64,000 nt of DNA from NCBI RefSeq assembly GCF_026210795.1, contig NC_089431.1:2418001-2482000 (forward strand). The letters run 5' to 3'. Origin of the DNA: Rhizophagus irregularis. Its lineage: Eukaryota. Within the stretch, counting starts at the first letter, position 1. The number at the start of each line of letters is the position of its first letter. Below the pieces are notes generated by a model. The model was given only the letters and a program-made list of their open reading frames with translations, made no database searches and was not told where the DNA came from. Made by a program: the position numbers and the translations under genes. Shown here in pieces: positions 53,483-64,000 of this stretch.

Positions 53483-53658
53483 TTTCTTCTCACTCCTTTT
53501 CTTCTACCGATCATTTTTCTTCTCACTCCTTTTCTTCTACCGATCATTTTTCTTCTCACTCCTTTTCTTCTACCGATCATTTTTCTTCTCACTCCTTTTC
53601 TTCTACCGATCATTTTTCTTCTCACTCCTTTTCTTCTACCGATCATTTTTCTTCTCAC
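53483..53658. repeat. 33-bp pyrimidine-rich tandem repeat, ~5 copies
   Basis: ttcttctcactccttttcttctaccgatcattt repeated. Confidence 0.9.
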
Positions 53659-54142
53659 CTTTCCATTATTTTTCTTCTCATTCCACGTATAGCCTGAAAA
53701 ATATAATAAATTTGAAACCGTAAAATCGATTTGAGGTAATCTTCCATGTAAAAAAAAATTTCACTGAATGAAATTCGATATTGTAATAATTTATTTATAT
53801 TAATTAAATTTAATTTTCGATCTTCTAGAAATCATAATTTTTAGTTTTCCCATCTCCTGATATTTTTAACTGATCCTGCATTCTACACGATACACAATGA
53901 TATTAAGATCATGTATATTTTCCAATTAAATACTACAATCATAATTACAATAGCTAAAATCTCAAAATTATATCATGATAACCTCGCCCTTTTTTTGTTC
54001 ATTCAATATTTATCATCTACTTTTTTGAGCAAGAAAGTTGCTCTACATTTTTTATTCATTCATATTTTCTCGATAAATATCACCTACTTTTAAACAAAAA
54101 GGTTGTTCCACTTTTTTTTCGCTCATATTTTTTTTTTATATT

Positions 54143-54455
54143 ATGACGACTAAACGTAAATTACCTAATAAATCGTCTGATGATAATCAAGAAATGGAAG
54201 TTGAAGGAGGTATGTAGATATAACTCTTTTGTAAATTTATAGTAAGTTTTGCTTATATAGTTATATGTAAGAAGAATAATTAATAAATACCAAAAATATG
54301 TATAATAGGATCGAAAAGAAAACAAATTACGAAAAAAAGAAGAGATATTGACATTGAGAAAGCCAATCAGTTGATGAAAAAAAGTAAAAATAGTAATAAA
54401 GAAGCTGCCGAATCTGCTGATAAAGAAGTTATAGTAGTAAATGAAAAAAGAAGTA

Positions 54456-54511
<56 letters not shown>

Positions 54512-55415
54512 AATGATGATGATGATGAGAGTAAGACGGAAGATCATAAAAAACCCGAAGTATTTCAATCAAAGTCAAATTTAGAAATAGTTGCTTGGCT
54601 CGTCGACCATCCGAAAATTTTAAGATTGGCACTAGAAATGAACAATACGGATGTTGCTATCTCATCATCCAGTAAAATTACGGACGTAAGTATTAAATTA
54701 ACATGATTTTATTATGTCTAAATCTTTTAAATAATGTATTTTTAATATTTTAGGATAAAATTCGTCTATGGGACGAAAGTGTCAAGTGTCTTTTTTTACG
54801 TGCAAGAAGTCCGCGTGGTGAAGTTTTTGATGAGTTGATAACAAAAATTTTCAAAATAAAAATACATTCGAACGAAGCTAAAAGCTTTACCTCGAAAAAA
54901 CCCGAAAATTTTTTATCGATTTCAGAAATAAGTTTAACCAAATTATTTTAACTTCTGTAGAAGAATTTAAAGAAATAAGAAAAAACAGGTATTTATTTAA
55001 TTGTTTCGTAGCTAACCAAATAGTGCTGTTTGTATTAATTATTAATTTAATTATAGAGCATCTACTGGAAGTTTATCTCAAAAGGAACTTATAGATTACG
55101 TTGATGAAGAATTTGTCCAAAAGATTTTAAGCCGACAGCTTGTAGCTGTTAATATTTCAGAATTAACAAGAAATGGAGGATTCAATACCTTGGTTGATTT
55201 CGTAAGAGAAACCTTTAAGGTTTCGTGGAACGGAAAAAATTTGTCCGCCGTTAAAGAATTAGATAATATGACCAAAAAATTAACGATCCCTTCTAGGAGC
55301 GGAAATAAGATCGTTGATTCTTTATCGGTAAGTTATTTTATTTATACTGTACCTGATACTTCATATCCTTTAATCATAGTTATTAATAATAATATTAAAT
55401 TATACATAGTTATAA
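54143..55415 (+). CDS. Accessory gene of the large element, unknown function, poly-Asp tract; ~5 exons, one apparent frameshift
   Basis: MTTKRKLPNK...|GSKRKQ...poly-D...NLEIVAWLVDHPKIL...|DKIRLWDESVKCLFLRARSP...(shift ~54895)KTRKFFIDFRNKFNQ...|...RQLVAVNISEL...LTIPSRSG. Canonical GT-AG introns. Confidence 0.6.
54457..54526 (+). repeat. (GAT)n microsatellite encoding poly-Asp
   Basis: More than 20 consecutive GAT units with one AAT interruption. Confidence 0.95.
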
Positions 55416-56474
55416 ATCTTAGCAAACGCTCTAATTTTTTTATAAAATTATGCATTTTATAACGATATTACATTGAATAAATTTAGTAAATTTTACAAGT
55501 AAATGATAATATGAAACATCGTTATTCTAAACATTATACCGTAATGTCGAGTGATAATAATATAAAATAAAATGGATGTATAAAACTATAAAATGTTTGT
55601 CTAAGATATAACACTTTCAAGTTTAAAAAGTAATTGTTGTTTTGTTAAAAATGGAATGGTTATTATGTGACGTTTCTTCTTTAATGTATACGGCCTAAAT
55701 ATCTCTATATATTTGACGTTATTATACAGATCAAAAAGAATACATTTACGTAACATTTGCGTAAAGTAAGAACTTTAAAGTTTAAGCCAATTCTGACTGG
55801 TAATTTACAAAATAACAAACACATTTCTTAAAAAAATTCTGAATCGAATACTTTTCCGGTTTTCATCGATTCTGCAAAAAATTGAAAAGTTCAGGTGATA
55901 ATTCAAGAAATATCCACCTATAAAAGACTAAACAATTATCAGGTTGATCAAGTTCGTGTAATACCAAATTTAATAAATTGTCTGATTAAATAATCGCGTA
56001 TATTAAATGATCGCGTATATTATAAGGCTATTAATTCCTAAAAAGTCAATTAACCACTATTTTATTTAAGACTATTTATTTTGTACATTTTTTTTTTAAA
56101 AAAAAACTTTCTTTCTGAAAGTAGAGTCTGCCTCCTATACCGTCTGCCGTCGTGCATAGTGTGTTATAGGAAAAGGCGGACTTGAATTATATAGGTGTAA
56201 GCTTATGTTATATAGGCGTAAAGCTTATATAATTAACGCAACGAAAATCCTTTAATCAAGGGTTAAAATAGGCATGATGGGATATTCTCATATATCATGA
56301 GCTCTGTCTGTTCGAAGTGTCATTTTATATATAATTAAGTAGGCTTAAGTCGTAAGTAACTTTTTTATAACATTGATTATTGGAGAATTAAGTGGCAAAA
56401 ATAATTTTTAGTTTGTAAGACTTTAACTCCATACCAACTTGTGTGTGTTTGGCGTATATTTTATTCCCTAACCC

Positions 56475-57050
56475 TTAGACCCACTCGTGGGTTGGTAGGT
56501 TGCTTTGCACTTCTTGCAGCCTATCTTTAATGGGTTTTAGGTCCATGTTTGCCCATTTAAAATTTATTAAACAGGATGTCATTCGTCCAAACACATTGCA
56601 ACGTTTGTTGATGAAGCTATGGTTGTCTAATAAAAGTTCGCTTTGCCAGGCAATTTATGGTGGATTCAATGGATCAAATTACAAACAACAATAATGCAGT
56701 CATATGAGAATTCCAGGCCAAAGAATAAGGGTGAATTGTCAAAGTTGAGAATATATTTGTATTTTTTTTTTAAAGCCGTCATTCTCATGAACTTTTTCAT
56801 TGTATCCCTAAGTTCAATGATTTTGGTAATGATGAAACTGCAGTTGTTTACAGGGGTTTCCCGCCAAACTTCTGAGGTGAATTTATGTCTGGTGTTTTCG
56901 AATATACTTATCCTTTTTGCAATAGAGTCGTAGCGAGTCTTCTTAAAGCGTACCTGTGACACCCCATCCAACTTGGGCAGTGTCGCTGAATCTAAAGCAA
57001 GGTACCTGGTTAATCCTCAACTTTGGGTTGATGAGTTATGATTCTGGAGT
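56475..57050 (-). pseudogene. Possible fourth coding remnant inside the large element
   Basis: GC-richer patch. ORF 56666-56971 continues in another frame as IAWQSELLLDNHSF...LKPIKDRLQEVQSNLPTHEWV*. No family recognised. Confidence 0.3.
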
Positions 57051-57299
57051 ATTAAGGCATAATGTTTTGACTTACATCACCAATTTAACTCATAATTCTA
57101 ATTTATTGAATTAGTTTATTATATATTTTTTTATCTGTTATATAATATTTAAACTAATGTATACTTTATCTGTAATTAAAATTGTTATTGTAATAAATAA
57201 CCGGTAACTTAAATCTATTGAAATTAACTTTTAAATTAGATTACAAATTATTAAAATATTATAAAATTGAATTTAACGATATTTGATTGATTTGATATT

Positions 57300-58230
57300 T
57301 TTATAGATAATATCATTTTGATATTATTTTGATACTGAATTAATATTAAAATAATATTATATTGATATTGCATTTATTAAAAAAAATCATTATTGTTATA
57401 ACAATATCAAAATGATATCGTTTCGTTATTTGTCAATATCGATTAGATAATTATAAAGTGATATCTTTACGATATCATATTGATATTGAATTAATGTTAG
57501 AACGATATCATATTAATATCGTATTTACTTTCTATTTTTCATTATTGTTATAACAATATCAAAATGATATCGATTTGATGTTTCGTCAATATCGTTATGA
57601 TGTCGATTAGATAATTATAAAGTGATATCTTTACGATATCATATTGATATTGAATTAATGTTGGAACGATATCATATTAATATCGTATTTACTTTCTATT
57701 TTTCATTATTGTTATAACAATATCGAAATGATATTGATTTGATGTTTCGTCAATATTGTTATGATGTCGATTAGATAATTATAAAGTGATATCTTTACGA
57801 TATCATATTGATATTGAATTAATGTTGGAACGATATCATATTAATATCGTATTTACTTTCTATTTTTCATTATTGTTATAACAATATCGAAATATCGATA
57901 TGATATCGATTTGATGTTTCATCAATATCGTTATGATGTCGATTAGATAATTATAAAGTGATATCTTTACGATATCATATTGATATTGAATTAATGTTGG
58001 AACGATATCATATTAATATCGTATTTACTTCCCATTTTTCAAAAAATTCATTGTTGTTATAACAATATCGAAATGATATCGATCTGATATTTTTTCAAAC
58101 AAATATCTTTACGATATCATTTCGATATATTGAATTAATATTGAAATGATATCATTGCGATATCATAATGATATCATTTGCAAATCGATATCACCACGAT
58201 ATTTATTTAACATCATTATTATATCAATTC
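57300..58230. repeat. Right subterminal array, ~164-172 bp GATATC-rich units
   Basis: cgattagataattataaagtgatatc recurs at about 57440, 57604, 57768 and 57940. Confidence 0.88.
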
Positions 58231-58589
58231 GGTATTGTTTAAAAATTCAAGGTTTCTGTAAAGAAGTTTATAATAAATTTTATTTATAAAGTATATAATA
58301 ATATAACTGTTCAAATTTTTTACATTTTTTTCTAACATTTAAAAGTATATAAATGTAAATATTTTCAAAATATAAAAAATAGTAGTAAAAAAAATGGTAA
58401 GATGTGAAACAAATATTAAGCCAATTAAAATTTATGCGTCACATAAGTCACGTGAAGGTGAAAAAATTTTCTGGTGATACTGGGGTAGATGATGAAATAA
58501 GTAAACTAACACTTTTCTGGACTTTGTGATTAACATGTTATCAATGTAACTTAAAATGTGCATTTTTATTGAAGCTCACAACAACAGGT

Positions 58590-60445
58590 TAAGTCATTTA
58601 TGCGGTAAACCATGTATTCTTATTGACAAGCGTAATTGTAAAAAGTTTGTTCAAACTTCATGGGTATCATTTTGATTGCGAAAATCCGAGTACACGCGAA
58701 GCTGTTTTTCATATTATTTTTGTATTAGATCGCTCGGGATCTATGAGCTGTAATGATAAAAACTGATTCCAAATTTCCCAATTTATAATGATTTAATAAG
58801 AAAATTATAATAATAGGACTGGAGCAGTTTATCAAGCGGTAAGAAATAATCATGAGTTTTCAGTTTTACTGAATGATTCTATAAACTTAAATTTTTATTC
58901 AGGTCTATCAATTTATGGACGCGCGTATAAATTCTGCCACAACAAATCAAAACCAAATGTCAGCTACTCAAGATAATATTATTTTAGGATCCCGGAAACT
59001 ATATATATAGGTTGTTTCAAAATTTAAAAATTTACTATGATCTTTACCCAAGTTAAGCCAAAAATTTACTAATAACGTTACCCAGTTTACTAGTAACCTT
59101 AAATCTTTCCTATAAGTGTTACCCAAAATAAAAATAACCTGTTTTGGTTTTTATAACCTGATTTTATTATTAATTATTATAGAAATTAACCAAATATTGT
59201 TACTATAACACTAATTACATGTTTTTGTGGAAAAAAATTAAAAATTTCCCAAGAATTTCCTTTCAAACATAGACAACCAGGTAAACTTGCAACATTATTT
59301 ATATCCAAGCAACTGTTATCAAAATGATAAATAACTTGCTTTGGAGTTATATAAGCAAATATATTACCAACAGATTTACATATTTGAGAAAATAAGTTGC
59401 CATCGGTATTGACAAATGTAGCAACTGAAATGTAAAATAAAGAATCTATGTTTTGAGAAAAAGAAACATAAGCATATCACATAGATATTGATCTATATAG
59501 TGATAATATTTTTTCTAAAAATATACTTTCCTTTGATATATATAAAATAAATCAGTTTTCTCTTAATGGATTATTATCAGTTATATTTGCACGAGAAATG
59601 TTTGGGACTATAATGAAAATCTAATAAATAATAGAATAAATTATTTACTATTAAAAACTCATTAAATATACCATTAATATATTGAGGTAATCCAATATTT
59701 TCTAAATTTTTCCTTCCTATCCATTTTTCTTTTCGCAATCTAATTGTTAGTTCTGAAGTACCATCTTTTCGGAAAAATTCTGAAATTAACAAAATTTTGA
59801 TTTTATTTTAAAAAATGCAAGCCAAAAGTTCCAAAAATAGTTCTACTTTTCCAAGTTTAGAATATTTTTACCCAATAATGAATATGATTCTGATGATTTT
59901 GATTTCTAGGATATGAAAAAAAAAAAAAATTTTCGATCATTTTTAACATTTATATGATATATATAAAATACCCCTTAAAAATATATATATAATCGTTACC
60001 CACTATAATAACAATCGAAAAATGAATCATAAGATCATTACCCATTTTATATAATAACAATCTGGCCCTTACCCAATTTAACAAAAAACCTAAATTGTGT
60101 TTATAATAAAATTACCCGACTTAAGCAATAACAATTTTTGATTTTTTATAATAACTTTACCCAGTTTACCGGTAACCTTTATATGAAGTTTCCAAGGTCC
60201 TATTATTTTACCATGAGGTTTTTTTAATTTTACTTTTATCAATATTTTAATTTAAATTTATACTTACTTTAAAAGACGCGCTAGTCATCAAAATATTTAC
60301 AGGTTATCGTTTCATTTGAATATCAAGATTTAAAGACCCGAAAGATTTGTTAAATTTAATGCTCCAACACCAAGCTCGTGGTTGGACAAATTATGATCTT
60401 GCAATTCAGAAAGCTGTATTTTTGATTACATTTTACTTTGATCCT
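58590..60445 (+). pseudogene. von Willebrand A domain gene fragment interrupted by a transposon
   Basis: CGKPC..., FHIIFVLDRSGSMS (MIDAS DxSxS), NRTGAVYQA|VYQFMDARI...QDNI. It resumes after the insertion with LNLMLQHQARGWTNYDLAIQKA (vWA GxTxY..A). Confidence 0.7.
58987..60200. mobile_element. Non-autonomous MULE-type element with 10-bp TSD
   Basis: TIRs ggatcccggaaactatatatatagg / cctttatatgaagtttccaaggtcc. tattatttta at 58977-58986 and 60201-60210. ttaccca subterminal motifs. Coding remnants on the minus strand at 59250-59800. Confidence 0.8.
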
Positions 60446-61396
60446 ATATCCCAGCTTCAGCTTTGCGAAAATAACAACTGGTACCAAGAACATAATTCAA
60501 TTATTCTCTAATAGGGACTAAGATACTATCCGTAATTGTTGTTGAGCTCCACGCATTTAACTCTAGGGCATAATCGTATAGTTAATTTATCAATTCTTTT
60601 ATTTATATTAATTAATATTTGTAATAGCCATTAATTATTTTCAGTTATTTAATTTTTTTAATTTTTTATTTTAATTTTTTATTCCTAAATTATTTTTCAT
60701 AATGGTTTCTATTAAATAAAAAATAAAAAATTTATTATTTTGAGAAAAGCAAGAAACCATTTGGTGTATGGAAAGTTATATGTAAGATAAAAATAAACTC
60801 CCGGGAAAAGGTCCTAATGGTACATTATTATTATGGTTTTTGAAGTGAATTAAACGAAAAAGTAGTATAGTAGGATCGGCTTGCTGAGTATAGTATGACG
60901 ATATTATACTCGGTTGTATTTTCTTATACTCAACAGCTTAATTTAAATTTATTTTTATTACATCCTTTTTATTTTATTATACTGTATAATGTATATTATT
61001 ATGTTTATAAAATAATACTTTATATTGTAGTCTTTCTTATTTTCTTACACTGCTAATTTAATTAGAACTGATTGAATTATTAATTTTATAGTATTCTAAG
61101 CTTAATAATTAAACATTAATTTTGATTTAATTCACGTTCCGTTTTCAAAATTTCAAGATTTGATAATTCAATTACACGAATTTTTGCTTCTCATTCTCTT
61201 AAGATAAGTTCACATTCCTTTAATTCTTTTTTCAACATACAACCTCTATAATAGTATTTTTAAGCTGTTATAAATAAAAAGGTACAAGGTACAAAAAGAT
61301 TTTTAGCATTTTTTTTTTTTTAATCCAACAAAAAAACCTAACAACTCGAAGTACTTGAATTTTGGCTAAATTTGGGCCGACATTAACTTGAAATCC

Positions 61397-62837
61397 ATTA
61401 CGCTTAAAGCCATTTCGCCGAAGCCATTTCGCCGAAGGGACGTTTCACGAGAATATACACTACCTAGACAAAAGTAGCGGACCTTCCATTTTTGTCAATT
61501 ACTCAAAATTGTACATAATAACAATACTTGAAATTTTAATATGTGATAACGTAAATTCCAAAGAATGTATATATAAAATTTCACACTTCTAACTTTCACA
61601 CAGCTATATTAATTAAAAAAGAAGCTTGGTAATTGTTACATTACTTAGACAAAAATAGTGGACCCTCTATTTTTGTTAATTACTTAAAATTATATAAAAT
61701 AATAATGCTTGAAATTTCAATATGTAATAATATAGACTTTAAAGAACATAGAGTCAAATTTTCATGCTTTTAATTTTCATACAGCTGTATTTATTAAAAA
61801 ATTAAAAATTCTTGATGATCGTCAAATTAAAAAAAAGTGAATGATTTTTATTTTTTTAGATACTAATTGTTAATTTGAAAGATAAATTATAAAAATTTAT
61901 ATATAATATTTATTCTCCAGAGCTGCAACTTTCAAACAATATATAAATTAAAGTATTTTATTATGTAAAATTTTGAGAATGTGAAAATACAGTATTGTTG
62001 TTTTTAAAAATTAAATTTTCTCTCAATTTTTTATATAATTCATATAAAAACAAAAACTAGATAAAGAAATTTAACGTATAATACATTAATCAAAATTCTG
62101 TACTATTACATATTAAAACTTCTGTTATTATTATTATGCAAAATTCTAAATAAATAGGCAATAACAGACTATTTATTTAATTTTATAGATAATCGTCAAT
62201 ATTTCCCTTTATAAGTTTTTTTAATTAATATAGTTGCATGAAGATTAGAACTATGAAATTTTGAATATATGTTCCTTAGAGTCTATGTTATCACATATTA
62301 AAATTTCAAGTATTATTATTATGTATAATTTCGAGTAATTAACAAAAATAAAAGGTCCGCTACTTTTGTCTAGGTAGTGTAGATAATGAGTATGATATGA
62401 CCTCCATTGTATATAAGGTATGGTGCTAAAAATTGGGTATGTATGGTTAGTATGGTACCTACTTTCATATTAAAATCATACATACAACGAGGATCATATC
62501 ATACTCATTATCGTTGTACCGACGTTTCACCGAAGGGATATTTCGTCCGAATCCATTTCACTGAATCGTCCATTTCTCTGAATTCTATTTCACCGAAAAT
62601 GATATCAATGAAAATTATTTCCAGAGATCTTTTTTCCAGGATATTATCACTTCAACATTTCAAGTAACTGATATTAATTGCTAAGCAATAAATAAATACC
62701 TTTATAATCCATAAACAACAAGATAAATTTAATAAAAATCATCAAATAAAGAATAAATAATTTTTCGGCGAAATGTCCATTCGGTGAAATGTCCCTTCGG
62801 CGAAACGTACTTTCGGCGAAATGGCTTTCAGTGTAAC
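61397..62837. mobile_element. TIR element built from CATTTCGCCGAA subrepeats (host of the Tc1-like insertion)
   Basis: attacgcttaaagccatttcgccgaa...gggacgtttc pairs with gaaatgtcccttcggcgaaacgtactttcggcgaaatggctttcagtgtaac. Further motif clusters at 62520-62600 and 63080-63175. Confidence 0.6.
61458..62379. mobile_element. Tc1/mariner-type non-autonomous element with TA TSD and IR/DR structure
   Basis: TA|cactacctagacaaaagtagcggacctt ... aaggtccgctacttttgtctaggtagtg|TA. The ~160-bp arms pair. The terminal motif is repeated at 61639. Confidence 0.88.
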
Positions 62838-64000
62838 AAATATAGAAATGGTGAGCTGATTTCAAAGATATAAAATGCTTAGTTTATAGAAAATCTAGAA
62901 AATCTTTAGAAAAAAATTCATTATTTGTAAAAGCTGACTGTTAACATTTTAGTAACTGGTTAAGAAATTTGTCAAAAAAAAAAATGTTCCGTACGGATCA
63001 ACGGCAAGAATAAGCCATTCTAATTGTAGAAACTGAATAGTTAATTATTTAATACTATTTATTGTGAAAATAGGTTATGGTCCATTTCTCCATTTCACCG
63101 AAGCCATTTCGCCGAAAGAATGTTTCGTCGAAAGGACGTTTCATTTTATCGAATCCATCGCCCATTTCGCCGAATGAATATTATATAAACAAATGAATTT
63201 TATAAAATAAAGTTAACCTGTACTAAGGAAATAAATGGAATTTTTATTTAATTTTATATTTTATAAACGAATAAACTTTGCTAAAAATGAAAAAATAAAT
63301 TTAATAAAAATAAAATTAGTGTTTATAATTTAAAAAGTTATTATGTAGTGAAAGGTTTATTGAAAAAAAATTAGACAAATAGATAAGCTAACAAAATGTT
63401 AAATATACATTTTAATACTAATACTTATTATTAAATAAGTATATTTTTTAAGAATTGGCAATACTAAATGGTGATATATAGGATTATACTAATATATAAC
63501 AAAAATAAGTATGTGCCTCTCTTTTGACTGGCTTGTAAAAATAGTAGTTTAACGCCACTTATTCTGCGCATCAAACGCAATTTATTAATTTGACTTTGTT
63601 CGTAAAGGAGCATTGTCATAATACTCTCACATTGTCGATAAATAATTATGTAGTGTAACTCTAGGCAATTCCTTGATCCTTGGTTTTTTTGACTGAATGA
63701 ATGACTGAATGAGCTATGTAATACATGATTCAGTAATTATATACACAGTCGAACACATGCCTTTGTGACATGTATGAGTATAAATATGGCACTAAAATAC
63801 CTCAATTTCTTTTCAAGTTCTCAGTTTTTTTTCAATATTTCTTGTATTCCTTATCTTATTAAAATAATAGAAGAAAATGAGTAATACAAGTATTCCAAGT
63901 TTTTCAAATATGCCAAGTATGCCAGCAAGTTTTTCTGAATCTTTACCTATTTCCCCTGAAAGAATTAACCGGTTTAGATCTGAAAGGCTAGGAAATATAC

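Larger units (their letters stand above)
45705..58263. mobile_element. Candidate CMC (CACTA/EnSpm/Plavaka-like) element nested in or forming the core of the 13.8-kb element
   Basis: Imperfect termini ctttgctgaaacttgga / tcaaggtttctgtaaag. GATATC-rich subterminal arrays at both ends. Encloses the transposase and accessory genes. Boundaries are uncertain. Confidence 0.55.
44693..58490. mobile_element. 13.8-kb TIR element with 9-11 bp target-site duplication
   Basis: Left end atcttccccagtatcgccagaaaattttttcaccccacgtgacttatgtgacg is the inverted match of right end cgtcacataagtcacgtgaaggtgaaaaaattttctggtgatactggggtagat. gatgaaata directly flanks both ends (44684-44692 and 58491-58499), extendable to tgatgaaataa. 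Confidence 0.8.

Noticed and set aside
54161..54632. Poly-Ile and poly-His ORFs on the minus strand
   Set aside because: Antisense readings of the (GAT)n tract.
61110..61265. Minus-strand coiled-coil fragment (ELILRE*EAKIRVIELSNLE)
   Set aside because: An isolated terminal exon remnant with a stop. The parent gene is not identifiable.
63500..64000. Slightly GC-richer terminal segment
   Set aside because: No sustained reading frame or repeat boundary is visible, and it may continue beyond the window.

Overview
Very AT-rich, intron-dense eukaryotic DNA. It is inferred to come from a glomeromycotan (Rhizophagus-like) arbuscular mycorrhizal fungus, based on short AT-rich GT-AG introns, fungal LYS9/MCP1/G-gamma proteins and the TE types. 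The window has three zones. (1) About 1-9.5 kb is accessory sequence: one intronless AIG1-GTPase/coiled-coil/LRR gene surrounded by MITE and foldback elements. (2) About 10.5-36.7 kb is a compact block of conserved spliced genes: CEP104-like, LYS9, AP-3 delta, EMC5/MMGT, FAM133-like, G-protein gamma, MCP1 and SAR1. (3) About 37.5-64 kb is a nested transposon region. It holds two decayed MULE transposases, a short Helitron, a MULE-type insertion in a vWA pseudogene, a Tc1-like IR/DR element, and a 13.8-kb element (44693-58490) with terminal inverted repeats and a 9-11 bp target duplication. That large element carries a CMC/EnSpm-Plavaka-like transposase, a Myb/SANT gene and further accessory ORFs. 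The most interesting items are the 13.8-kb multi-gene element, the NLR-like AIG1-LRR gene, and a complete ciliary-tip gene CEP104 in a presumably non-flagellated fungus. Gene models and family calls were read by eye and no database searches were run.
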